Shown here: positions 10,432 through 19,659 of the stretch, piece after piece
How positions within the stretch are numbered: position 1 is the stretch's first letter
How the letters are laid out: every line of letters begins with the position of its first letter
Source of the DNA: Flavipsychrobacter sp.
GTDB taxonomy: Bacteria > Bacteroidota > Bacteroidia > Chitinophagales > Chitinophagaceae
DNA: 64,000 nucleotides
NCBI GenBank assembly: GCA_025963465.1
Contig: JAOQAP010000225.1
Coordinates: 74 to 64,073, forward strand
Direction of reading: 5' to 3'
The notes under the pieces: generated by a model
Databases searched by the model: none
Told to the model about the DNA's origin: nothing
Seen by the model: the letters and a program-made list of their open reading frames with translations, nothing else
Position numbers and translations under genes: made by a program

Positions 10432-11850
10432 GTGAAGAAAGTATCGTTATTCCTAGTTTCATTAGTTGTGTGCAAGCTCTCTTTTGGTAAGGCTGTGAAT
10501 GAACAGGCTGCAAAGATGACCGGCTATAATTTCTTAAAGACAGAAGGTGTACAAGTAGACCCTTCCGCAATGTCATTGGTTTACAAAACCACGTCTACTG
10601 TAAAAGGTGAAGCAGTGACAGACTTTTATGTGTTCAGTACGGGAAATACAGGGTTTATCATCGTATCAGGTGATGATAATGTAACTCCGGTTTTAGGTTA
10701 TTCTACCGAGGATGCATTCAGAGCCGATAATATTCCCGGAAGTGTAAATGACTGGCTGAATAATTATAAAGACCAGATCAACTATACTATAGAGCATGAT
10801 GTAACTGCTACTGACCAGACAATGGCGCAGTGGACCAAACTACAGACAGCAGTAACTACCAGAAGCGCGGCTAAAACAACAGGAACGGCTGTTGCTCCTT
10901 TTCTGAAAACAAAATGGGGACAGGGTGCCTACTATAACGATCTGTGTCCGTTTGACGTATCTGCAGATACCAATGTGGTTACAGGTTGCGTAGCTACAGC
11001 AATGGCGATGGTGATGAAATTCTGGAGCTGGCCTAACGTAGGCAAAGGTACCCATTCTTACAATTCAGGACCATATGGTATGCTTACAGCTAACTATGGT
11101 ACTACTACTTATGTATGGGATTCTATGCCAAACTCACTGACCAAGCCCAATAGCTATGTAGCTACATTAATGTCCCAGGCAGGTATTAGTGTAAATATGA
11201 GCTATAGCCCTACATCAAGCGGTGCTTTTGTGACAGTGGGATCCAGCCCGATAGTAAACTGCGCAGAATATGCAATGAAAACTTACTTTAACTATAGGTC
11301 TACCCTAAAAGGATATTCGCGTTATGCATATGATGATTCAGAATGGGTCGGATTGATAAAAAATGACCTGGACAATAAATGGCCGGTGATACATACAGGT
11401 TCAGGTGCCAGTGGGGGGCATTGTTTCTTAATAGATGGTTATACTACCGGTGATAAACTGCATGTGAACTGGGGCTGGGGTGGTTTTTACAATGGTTATT
11501 TTGTATTTGATAACTTATCACCAAGCACAAGCGAAACATTTAATGACAACCAGACAATAATATTAGGTGTGATACCGAATAACCCTGCAACACTTGGTGT
11601 AAATGAAGTAACAGGCACTACTGCCGCTATTTATCCTAACCCAGCGAAGGATGTCATCAATATAGACATGCAGCAGGTGAAGGCAACCAAAATAACGCTG
11701 AGCGATATGCAGGGCAGAATATTAAAGACAATTACTCCCGATAATACTATAATAGCAACAATGAAGGTGAGCGATCTTTCTGCGGGTATTTACTTAGTAT
11801 CGCTTGAAACAGCGGAAGGCGTAGAAACAAGGAAAGTGGTAATAGAATAA
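10432..11850 (+). CDS. C10 family (streptopain-like) cysteine peptidase with T9SS type A C-terminal domain
   Basis: GTG start followed by a signal peptide. TKWGQGAYYNDLCP and the catalytic Cys context GCVATAMAMVMKFW. His context GGHCFLIDGY. C-terminal YPNPAKDVINI...GIYLVSLETAEGVETRKVVIE sorting domain. Confidence 0.85.
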   Translation: MKKVSLFLVSLVVCKLSFGKAVNEQAAKMTGYNFLKTEGVQVDPSAMSLVYKTTSTVKGEAVTDFYVFSTGNTGFIIVSGDDNVTPVLGYSTEDAFRADNIPGSVNDWLNNYKDQINYTIEHDVTATDQTMAQWTKLQTAVTTRSAAKTTGTAVAPFLKTKWGQGAYYNDLCPFDVSADTNVVTGCVATAMAMVMKFWSWPNVGKGTHSYNSGPYGMLTANYGTTTYVWDSMPNSLTKPNSYVATLMSQAGISVNMSYSPTSSGAFVTVGSSPIVNCAEYAMKTYFNYRSTLKGYSRYAYDDSEWVGLIKNDLDNKWPVIHTGSGASGGHCFLIDGYTTGDKLHVNWGWGGFYNGYFVFDNLSPSTSETFNDNQTIILGVIPNNPATLGVNEVTGTTAAIYPNPAKDVINIDMQQVKATKITLSDMQGRILKTITPDNTIIATMKVSDLSAGIYLVSLETAEGVETRKVVIE

Positions 11851-11881
11851 ACAAGCGAAATTATATAATTGAAAAAAGCGC

Positions 11882-11911
11882 TCCGAAAGGGCGCTTTTTT
11901 TGTTACAGTCT
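11882..11911. terminator. bidirectional rho-independent terminator between convergent genes
   Basis: AAAAAAGCGCTCCGAAAGGGCGCTTTTTTT: a GC stem flanked by an A-run and a T-run, between the C10 peptidase gene (+) and trxA (-). Confidence 0.8.
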
Positions 11912-12203
11912 AGTATCTGCTGATGATATCTTTCAGCTCTTTTGCGGGAACCACGCCGGATTGCCGCCATTTGAGTTGGCCCTGCTTAAATATGATGAGT
12001 GTGGGTACACCTTGTACATGAAAGTGATTGGCCACGTCAGGATTTTTGTCTACATCTATTTTTAGTATAGTTACTTTGTCGCCCAGTGCCGATTTTACTT
12101 CCTGCAAAATAGGCGCCATCATTTTGCATGGTCCGCACCATGTAGCATGAAAATCGACCAATACAGGTTTGTCAGAGTGAATGATCTCGTTGAAACTACT
12201 CAT
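11910..12203 (-). CDS. trxA: thioredoxin
   Basis: 97 aa with the WCGPCK active site and typical thioredoxin length. Confidence 0.9.
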   Translation of the reverse strand: MSSFNEIIHSDKPVLVDFHATWCGPCKMMAPILQEVKSALGDKVTILKIDVDKNPDVANHFHVQGVPTLIIFKQGQLKWRQSGVVPAKELKDIISRY

Positions 12204-12256
12204 AAACTGTTTTATTGTAAAGACACAAAATCAATGCCAGTAAATTTACAGGCGTG

Positions 12257-12565
12257 TCATTTCCTGTTCATCTGCAACGATTTCAGCATTTCGTCCGTCA
12301 TCTCATCGGTATAGATGCCTGCGCCATTGACAAGGATGCCCTTTATGTCGTACTTAGGGCAGGATATAGCGTAAACTGTTGCTTCATCTGCCGGGTCGCT
12401 ATCACCTTCGAAACGGTACACTTTGTCGATCACAAATTCATTGTGGAACACGCTGTAATGCCCCGTCCTGCATACCAGGCAGTTTTGCTGCAGGTTGAAG
12501 TCTTCTACATAGCCTGATTTGCGGAGGTGGTCTATGACCTCGGTCATGGTGGTCATTTCTTGCAT
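12257..12565 (-). CDS. small conserved hypothetical protein
   Basis: 102-aa ORF with compact spacing to neighbours. The sequence (LRKSGYVEDFNL...FRFEGDSDPADEA) resembles a small Bacteroidota family of unknown function that I recall only vaguely. Confidence 0.6.
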   Translation of the reverse strand: MQEMTTMTEVIDHLRKSGYVEDFNLQQNCLVCRTGHYSVFHNEFVIDKVYRFEGDSDPADEATVYAISCPKYDIKGILVNGAGIYTDEMTDEMLKSLQMNRK

Positions 12566-12620
12566 ATAGTAAAGTTAGGAAAAATGCGGAGAGGGAACAA
12601 TAAAAGAGGTGTTATATGCA

Positions 12621-12650
12621 AAAAGAAAAAGCCCCGTTGAGGGGCTTTTT
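12621..12650 (-). terminator. rho-independent terminator downstream of the SBBP-repeat gene
   Basis: GCCCC-GTTGA-GGGGC hairpin flanked by A/T runs, 20 nt after the stop at 12670. Confidence 0.8.
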
Positions 12651-12669
12651 CTTTTAAAGGTCTGTTCAA

Positions 12670-15600
12670 TTATCGGTTGATGGTAAAACGAAGTGTTTTT
12701 GTGTGCTCATTATCAGAAATGCGCAGCATATAAACACCGTCAGGTATGTTGTTCAACGATATTGTTTTATTAATGGTATTGTTCTGCGGAACGGTATTGG
12801 TAGTATAAACTACCTGGCCCAGAGGGTTCAGCACATCTATAGAAAGGTTTTTAGCAGTAGTGCTGTAGTAATCGCCTTTTACAGAGAAGCTACCATTGTT
12901 TGGATTCGGGAAAAGCTCGACGTTGTCAATAGTTGTTGCAAGGTTGGCTACACCCACATTTGTGTTTGCAATGATTGGTTCGCTTGTACTGTAGTTAGGT
13001 ACAGAGCAAAGCATGGTGCTGGTGAGCTCCAGTGAAATAGTAACAGGACCAGTAACATTGTGCAGTACATAGCTATCGGAGTTTGCACCCGGAATATTTA
13101 CACCGTTCTTTTTCCACTGGTAAAGAGGAGCGATACCGCCATTGTATATAGCAGATGTAAACTCAATGCTGTCACCCGGTGCAACATGGATCTTGTCTGC
13201 AAATATCTTTACAATCGGAGGATTGCTGATCACATTCATTCTGAAGCCATTGCTTATTGCTGTGATAGGTGACGGGCATATAACGCTGCTGGCCATAGTT
13301 ACATAAACACTATCGGCATCGATAAGCGACGTAGTTGAATACAGATCAGATACAGCACCCACTATAGGTACAATAGTAGTGCCACGGTATATTGTCCATT
13401 GATAAAGCGGCGAAACACCTCCATTGAGCGGTGTAGCAGTAAACTTCACCAGTGTGCCTTTGCACACAGTATCGTCAGGAGATATAGCTATGCGTACTTC
13501 ATCGTGGATCGTATCAGTGATGGTTACTACTATAGTGCTGGTTAGAGACGGACAGCCATTTAAGTAGTCAGTGAGGGAATAAGTGCCTGTATAGCTCAAT
13601 TTTGCACCTGTTCTCACCGGGTTTTGCAACGTTGACGTGAAGCCTGCAGGGCCACTCCAATTGTAAGTGAGTGGAGCAGTTGTATCAGGGTTAGCAAATA
13701 AATTCAGCGGGCTGCCTGCACAGTTAAGCGTTGCAGCTGAAAGTATAGGAGTAGGAGGAATGAGATCGTTCACTTCAATGCTCACAGAATCTACGTGAGC
13801 AGGGCAGCCGTTATGGACGGTTGTAACATAATACCTGCCAGAGTCATTCTTAGTGATACCCAGACCTGAAAGGCCGTTATTGAACGGATTCTTCAGATTA
13901 GAAGTAAAGCCTGTGCCCGAGAAGCCTGAAAGTGCAGGGCCGGTCCAGCTGTAGCTGGAAACGGTATAAGATGCGTTGTCTGCCAATGAGATAACGCCAT
14001 CTACACAAACTGGTGTAGACCCTGTGACTGTAGTACCGCCAATAGAAGATACTACGCGGATGTCAAAATAGCTGTCTGGCGATGTAAACGCCGGGTTAGA
14101 TGCTACGATACGTATACGATATCCTGTACCAAGCGGGGTAGTTAACGGAACAGTGCAGGATATAGTACCAGTAGAAGCATTTGATATAAGAAAACCGATA
14201 TTAGCAGGTGAAGCAAAGCTGCCGGCTCCATTTGACAATTGAACTGTGAATGTATTAGCCAAATTGAAGTTGCTGCTTGCTGTATAATTTACATTTAAAA
14301 CGCCACCAGCGCATACCAGGGTATCAGAATAAGGGATGTTGAGCGCAACGAATGTGTCTAAGTTGAATTTTGTGATAAAAGCATCGTAGACGCCACCCGA
14401 AAACGTTGTTTGAGGCGCGCCGGTTGTTGCAACGCCGTCGCTGCCATAAATGCCCGATGATGGTGAGCTGGTAGTAAAGCCTGCCAGTACTATCTGGTTG
14501 TTGTTGTCTACGGTAACTGAGTTAGCATAATCATAATACAACCCGCCGAAGTAAGAAGACCATATGCGCTGGCCGAGGATATTGAATTTTGCAAGGTAAG
14601 CATCATAGTCGCCATACTTGGCAGGCTGTGATGCACTGGCTGAAGAAATACCTGTAGTGCTGAATGTAGCCCCTGCAATAACCACATTATTATTATTATC
14701 TATGCAAACAGTTTGTCCGTATTCAGGTTGTGCGCCACCGAAATAAGTACCCCATACAAGTGACCCGTCATTATTGAAATAAGATATGAATGCATCCTGC
14801 GGGCCACCGGCATAAACAGACTGGTAAGCCTTAGCGGTAGCAATATTGTCAGGGCTTGTGGTGTTGCCTATTACAGCTATTTTACCTGTTGCCGGGTTAC
14901 AGGCAACAGCATTTCCCTGGTCCTGGTTTGAACCGCCGAGATAAGTGCCCCATATACGTGCTGTACCGGATGGGTTGAGCATGCCGACAAAGGCATCGTT
15001 AGTACCCATGAGCGTGGTATGATAAGCGCCCGTTGTAGAAATATTGATCACACTGTTTGTCTGGCCTGTGATGATCACATTATTTGCATTATCCAACGCA
15101 ATACCAAACGCATTTTCCTGTGCGGAACCGCCATAGTAAGTACCCCATGTAACCGTACCTGATGCGCCGCTGAGTTTTGCTACGAATGCATCATTGATAC
15201 CCGAGATGCCTGTCTGGAATGTACCTGCAGTAGCTATGCTGGCAAGGCTGTTTGTCTGACCTGTAATGTAAATGTTGTTGCTGGCATCACATGTGATCGC
15301 ATTGATCTGATCATTATTTGTGCCGCCATAGTAAGTAGCCCATGAAAGAGCAGTGCCCGAGTTATTAAGTTTTGCTACAAAGCCATCACTCAGTAAATGA
15401 TAGGCAGTTGTAGTAAAGCCAATTGGTGCAATGGTGGGAGAGTTTGTAACACCGGCTATATACACAAATGGATTGCCGGCACCGGTATTATCAAGTGTGA
15501 TAGCATTTACTTTGTCAGTTTGTACTCCACCGAAATAAGTCATAAACATTAAAGCACCTGTATTGCTATACTTGGCGAGGAAGCCATCGTAGGTGCCGCC

Positions 15601-16485
15601 AAGCATAGTAGTATGCAACGCAGGGCCTACTCCTATACCAATTGTCGAAGTAAACCCGCCTACGAATATATTGCCCGTGGTAGTTGATTTAACAGATGTA
15701 GCAACGTCTTCATTGGCTCCACCAAGGTAAGTGCTCCACTCAAGCAATGGATCAATAGTAAGCGCGCCCGTGTGTGCACCTGCTTCGAAGCTTACAATAT
15801 TGTTATGCAGCACAAAATTAGATGCAACAAGCTTGCCTGTTTCTGTTTCGTAGGCATATGGGCTCTTTTCTTTTACTGTACCCAATGGTGTTTCTGCAGC
15901 TATGCCTCCGTCTTTGGTGATGTTAAGCGCTGTGGTGCCATCATACTTCAACTGTATATCATGTATGTTGCCACCCGCACGTACCACGAAGTCGTATTCT
16001 ACCTTATGGTTCTTTACATAGATCATCCAGTCGATATTCGGATATACATCTTTGTATATGATCTTATCAAAGGAATGAACGGTCAGCGCTTCATTGCTGG
16101 TCATTGACTGGAAGTAGTTCTCGTAATACTCCTGCTGTTCTGCGCTTATTACTTTAGCATTTGGATTTGCACCCAGCAATGTTACGTCCATCCTGTACGT
16201 GGTAGCTTTAGCATCATTAGTGCCCAGCGTGCCTTCGCCTTTTATGAACTGGTAGTGCAACTGCCCGTTACCAACATAAAGACTCATGCCTGGAGCAGAT
16301 AATTTGTAGTGTATATCGGCGCGCGGGTTATTGTCCTGGTCTTTTACCTGGCCTTTATTTTCCACAAAACACAATGGTTTGTTCAGGCCTTGTGTGTTGA
16401 TCGTCTTTATATCCTTAGCCGCCAGTGATAGCGATAAAAAGCAGGAAAGTATTAACGCACAGGATTTTGTACCATTAAAATACAT
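12670..16485 (-). CDS. large secreted SBBP (beta-propeller) repeat protein with Ig-like domains and T9SS type A C-terminal domain
   Basis: 1271 aa with a signal peptide. There are about 8 repeats of the form YGG...D.a.(I/V)..D..gN(I/V)(I/V)..G.T....DAF(V/I)AK(L/F). Cys-containing Ig-like modules follow. C-terminal LFPNPNNGSFSV...GVYMLRISDNEHTKTLRFTINR. Confidence 0.8.
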   Translation of the reverse strand: MYFNGTKSCALILSCFLSLSLAAKDIKTINTQGLNKPLCFVENKGQVKDQDNNPRADIHYKLSAPGMSLYVGNGQLHYQFIKGEGTLGTNDAKATTYRMDVTLLGANPNAKVISAEQQEYYENYFQSMTSNEALTVHSFDKIIYKDVYPNIDWMIYVKNHKVEYDFVVRAGGNIHDIQLKYDGTTALNITKDGGIAAETPLGTVKEKSPYAYETETGKLVASNFVLHNNIVSFEAGAHTGALTIDPLLEWSTYLGGANEDVATSVKSTTTGNIFVGGFTSTIGIGVGPALHTTMLGGTYDGFLAKYSNTGALMFMTYFGGVQTDKVNAITLDNTGAGNPFVYIAGVTNSPTIAPIGFTTTAYHLLSDGFVAKLNNSGTALSWATYYGGTNNDQINAITCDASNNIYITGQTNSLASIATAGTFQTGISGINDAFVAKLSGASGTVTWGTYYGGSAQENAFGIALDNANNVIITGQTNSVINISTTGAYHTTLMGTNDAFVGMLNPSGTARIWGTYLGGSNQDQGNAVACNPATGKIAVIGNTTSPDNIATAKAYQSVYAGGPQDAFISYFNNDGSLVWGTYFGGAQPEYGQTVCIDNNNNVVIAGATFSTTGISSASASQPAKYGDYDAYLAKFNILGQRIWSSYFGGLYYDYANSVTVDNNNQIVLAGFTTSSPSSGIYGSDGVATTGAPQTTFSGGVYDAFITKFNLDTFVALNIPYSDTLVCAGGVLNVNYTASSNFNLANTFTVQLSNGAGSFASPANIGFLISNASTGTISCTVPLTTPLGTGYRIRIVASNPAFTSPDSYFDIRVVSSIGGTTVTGSTPVCVDGVISLADNASYTVSSYSWTGPALSGFSGTGFTSNLKNPFNNGLSGLGITKNDSGRYYVTTVHNGCPAHVDSVSIEVNDLIPPTPILSAATLNCAGSPLNLFANPDTTAPLTYNWSGPAGFTSTLQNPVRTGAKLSYTGTYSLTDYLNGCPSLTSTIVVTITDTIHDEVRIAISPDDTVCKGTLVKFTATPLNGGVSPLYQWTIYRGTTIVPIVGAVSDLYSTTSLIDADSVYVTMASSVICPSPITAISNGFRMNVISNPPIVKIFADKIHVAPGDSIEFTSAIYNGGIAPLYQWKKNGVNIPGANSDSYVLHNVTGPVTISLELTSTMLCSVPNYSTSEPIIANTNVGVANLATTIDNVELFPNPNNGSFSVKGDYYSTTAKNLSIDVLNPLGQVVYTTNTVPQNNTINKTISLNNIPDGVYMLRISDNEHTKTLRFTINR

Positions 16486-16620
16486 ATATAATAGTTTTGT
16501 TTGTTATTGTCAAGACTGCAAAGTAAGCATAATATCTGGAAACCCCAACCCCTGCGGTAACTAAATAAACGGACGGAAAAAGGCAGTATTTCAGGCTATA
16601 AAGACCGATCTTTCGGAGTA

Positions 16621-17079
16621 TCAACTAATGAGTGTCAGGGACATATCTCTTTCTGTAGGGCTTGTTACATTTATGCTGACCCATAAATAAGGAGCATGAA
16701 GCAGCTCTTTTGCTTTTTCAGGCCATTCTATAAGACAAAATGCATTTCCTGTCCTGGCCTGGTCTACGCAATCTTCCATACCGGCATTAAACGCCTCCTC
16801 GCTGTTGCGAAGGCGGTACCAGTCCATATGGAAGATCATATTATCTGTTCCGCCGGTACCTGCAAAATGATATTCATTGATAAGTGCAAAAGTAGGGCTG
16901 CTAACAACATCATGTACCTTAAGGTGATCGCATAAATGATGAATGAAGGTGGTCTTCCCAGCACCCATATCACCGCTAAATGCGAAAACACGATACCTGC
17001 CCGCTGTTTTCCAAAACGACCGTACCGCAGTATCGATAGTATCGAGCGAATAAGAAAGGCGCAGCAGTTCTGTTTCCAT
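16621..17079 (-). CDS. tsaE: tRNA threonylcarbamoyladenosine biosynthesis ATPase TsaE
   Basis: P-loop GDMGAGKTT followed by SPTFALINEY. Start set to the ATG at 17079 (METELLRL), giving 152 aa. The ORF-track start at 17142 is a TTG. Confidence 0.85.
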   Translation of the reverse strand: METELLRLSYSLDTIDTAVRSFWKTAGRYRVFAFSGDMGAGKTTFIHHLCDHLKVHDVVSSPTFALINEYHFAGTGGTDNMIFHMDWYRLRNSEEAFNAGMEDCVDQARTGNAFCLIEWPEKAKELLHAPYLWVSINVTSPTERDMSLTLIS

Positions 17080-17084
17080 CGGCG

Positions 17085-17092
17085 CAAAATTA
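17085..17092 (-). promoter_or_regulatory. candidate Bacteroidota -7 promoter box TAATTTTG
   Basis: Exact TAnnTTTG match 5 nt upstream of the tsaE ATG, which implies a leaderless or near-leaderless mRNA. Confidence 0.35.
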
Positions 17093-17210
17093 GTAATTAT
17101 TGGAAGTGATGAATGGTAAAGAATGGAAATTCTTACAGGCAAATGAATAATATAATTTCGAAATGGTTTAATTTTAGCAACTTTAAGGATAGGTATATAA
17201 TATAAAGATA

Positions 17211-19475
17211 ATGAGAAGTGTATCTGCTGGAATCATATTGCTGATTGTTTTGTTTAATGTGACTATGGCATCGGGGCAAAACACCTGGACGCTGGTAGAT
17301 AAACAGCAAGAGGTAAAAGGCAATTCTTCTATAGCTATTGATCGCTATTTTTTATATACTCTAAACGAATCAGTTCTCAACAGTCAACTACGTAACACTT
17401 CAGATGTGCCATTGCAAGGCCAATTGATGCAACTGCCATTGCCGGATGGTACGATGAGAAGCTTCAAAGTGCGTGAGACGCCTATGATGCCTGATCAGCT
17501 GGCAGCTAAATATCCGGAACTGAGAACATATACTGGAGTAGCTACAGACGATGAACGTGTTACCGCAAAACTGGACCATACAGCGTATGGTTTTCACGCT
17601 ATGATATTTGATGGTGATCATACGTCTTTTGTCGATCCTTATGATAATACGAACAGCGGATACTATATAGTGCATTATAAAGCAGATGAGCGTACACAAT
17701 CAATAGTATCGACTCACTGCATGGTAAGACGAGATGGCACAGGTAAAGAAGAGCAGCCTGTGCAGTTGGAGCGAAAACGTGGTGCAGCGAAGACGGTGAA
17801 TGGTTCACAGTTGCTTACATACCGCCTGGCCCTGGCTTGCGATCATGAATATGCAATAGCATCGACAGGTGCTGCCAGCCCAACGATAGCGCAGGTGATT
17901 AGCAAAATGCTGACATCCATGAACCGTATCAATGGTTTGTATGAAAGGGAGCTGTCTGTGACAATGAATTTTGTGGCAAATGAAGATACGCTGATATGGA
18001 CAGCAGCTACAGGTGGCATAAACGGTGTTGATCCGTTTAACGGGAACGACAACCTTGCTGCGGTCTGCAACACGATAAATCAAGCGACATGCGATAACAG
18101 GATAGGGAACGCTAACTATGATATTGGTCATGTATTTACAACAGGTGCCGGAGGTTTTTCACAGGTAGGCTGTGTGTGCCGCACTACTGTTAAAGCTCAA
18201 AGCTCTACTGGCCGTCCAAACCCTGTTGGTGACGGGTTTGATATAGATTTTGTAGCCCACGAGATAGGTCATGAATTTGGCGCAAATCATACATTCAACA
18301 ATGGAAGCGATGACAATTGCGGCGATAATAACCGGTACCAGGAAACAGCCTATGAGCCTGGCAGCGGATCTACATTGATGGCATATGCCGGCATATGCTC
18401 ACCGGATAATATACAGCCTCACAGCGACGATTATTTCCACACGGCCAGCCTAATAGAGATACAGAATTTTATTGCCAGCTTCGGTGGTGCCTGTGCGGTG
18501 AAAACGACATTGAATAACAATCCAAGGTCGGTACCTTCTTTTTCATGGTCATATGATATTCCTTATCTCACTCCCTTTGAGCTGACACCCCCGGACGCAA
18601 CAGGCACTGATACATCTGTGAGCTATTGTTGGGAGGAATGGGACCTTAGCATAGCAGGTGAACGGCTGGAAGATACACATGCCGAGGGACCATTGTTCAG
18701 GTCTTATGGTCCTGTAAAGTCAGTGACAAGAGTATTCCCTAAAATAGACATGGTACTGGCGCAGGTATTAAGTAATGCCGGGAAAAATAATGCAGAAGGA
18801 GAAAAGGTGCCTGATGTGTCGCGGAAGATGATATTTAAACTTACTGTGCGTAATATAGTAGACGGGCGTGGTGCTTTTACCGTACCTGACGATAGTATAA
18901 ACCTTAATGTAGTAAATACGGGCGAAGGGTTTAAGGTGACCAGCCAGAATACCTCGGGGAGCATATATAATGGTAATAGCACGCAACATATCTCCTGGAA
19001 TGTCGTAGGGACAGATCAGGTGCCGGTAAATACGCCGAATGTAGACATTTACATGTCTGCCGATGGGGGCTATACATGGCCGTACCATATAGGGCGATAT
19101 GTGAACAATGGCGGGGCAGATGTAACTTTACCAAACCCGGATACGACAATCAGCGCTGCACGAATAAAAGTAAAAGGGGCAGACAATGTATTCTTTAATG
19201 TGAACAGCAACAACTTTAGTGTGGTACATAGTGATGCAGGAGATACGGACATACAGATACGCCCTGTGCCTGTACATAGCGTATTGAGGGTGTCGTCAGG
19301 TAATAAAGGCGCATTGCAGACAACCGTATTTAATGCCATTGGCCAGGCAATATGGAATGGTGAGGTGAACGGAGAACTGGATATGCGGGTAGCCTATTGG
19401 GCTAGGGGAATTTACCTCATCCGCTTCGTAGACGTAAAAGGCAAGCGTACGGTCATGAAATTTGTTGTAGATTAG
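17211..19475 (+). CDS. reprolysin-like zinc metalloprotease with T9SS type A C-terminal domain, paralog 1 of 2
   Basis: 754 aa with a signal peptide. Zincin motif HEIGHEFGANH, then EPGSGSTLMAYAGIC. C-terminal sorting domain (IRPVPVHSVLRV...GIYLIRFVDVKGKRTVMKFVVD). Confidence 0.85.
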   Translation: MRSVSAGIILLIVLFNVTMASGQNTWTLVDKQQEVKGNSSIAIDRYFLYTLNESVLNSQLRNTSDVPLQGQLMQLPLPDGTMRSFKVRETPMMPDQLAAKYPELRTYTGVATDDERVTAKLDHTAYGFHAMIFDGDHTSFVDPYDNTNSGYYIVHYKADERTQSIVSTHCMVRRDGTGKEEQPVQLERKRGAAKTVNGSQLLTYRLALACDHEYAIASTGAASPTIAQVISKMLTSMNRINGLYERELSVTMNFVANEDTLIWTAATGGINGVDPFNGNDNLAAVCNTINQATCDNRIGNANYDIGHVFTTGAGGFSQVGCVCRTTVKAQSSTGRPNPVGDGFDIDFVAHEIGHEFGANHTFNNGSDDNCGDNNRYQETAYEPGSGSTLMAYAGICSPDNIQPHSDDYFHTASLIEIQNFIASFGGACAVKTTLNNNPRSVPSFSWSYDIPYLTPFELTPPDATGTDTSVSYCWEEWDLSIAGERLEDTHAEGPLFRSYGPVKSVTRVFPKIDMVLAQVLSNAGKNNAEGEKVPDVSRKMIFKLTVRNIVDGRGAFTVPDDSINLNVVNTGEGFKVTSQNTSGSIYNGNSTQHISWNVVGTDQVPVNTPNVDIYMSADGGYTWPYHIGRYVNNGGADVTLPNPDTTISAARIKVKGADNVFFNVNSNNFSVVHSDAGDTDIQIRPVPVHSVLRVSSGNKGALQTTVFNAIGQAIWNGEVNGELDMRVAYWARGIYLIRFVDVKGKRTVMKFVVD

Positions 19476-19616
19476 GGATTGAAACGGTTTTGCACTCCAG
19501 ATTTTTCAACAAAAGACAGGTTTGTACGCCACATCTAAGGGTTATTTAGCCACAAGATTTTTGTTTACTATGTAGTTACTACGTAACTTTCTGTTTGATA
19601 TGGCGTTGATAAGATG

Positions 19617-19640
19617 CCTGGCCAGCGGCCTGGTTTTTTT
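19617..19640 (+). terminator. terminator-like GC hairpin plus T7
   Basis: CCTGGCCAGCGGCCTGG followed by TTTTTTT. It lies 142 nt after the stop of paralog 1 and only 19 nt before the ATG of paralog 2. Confidence 0.5.
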
Positions 19641-19659
19641 GCCGTAAAAAACAGATACA

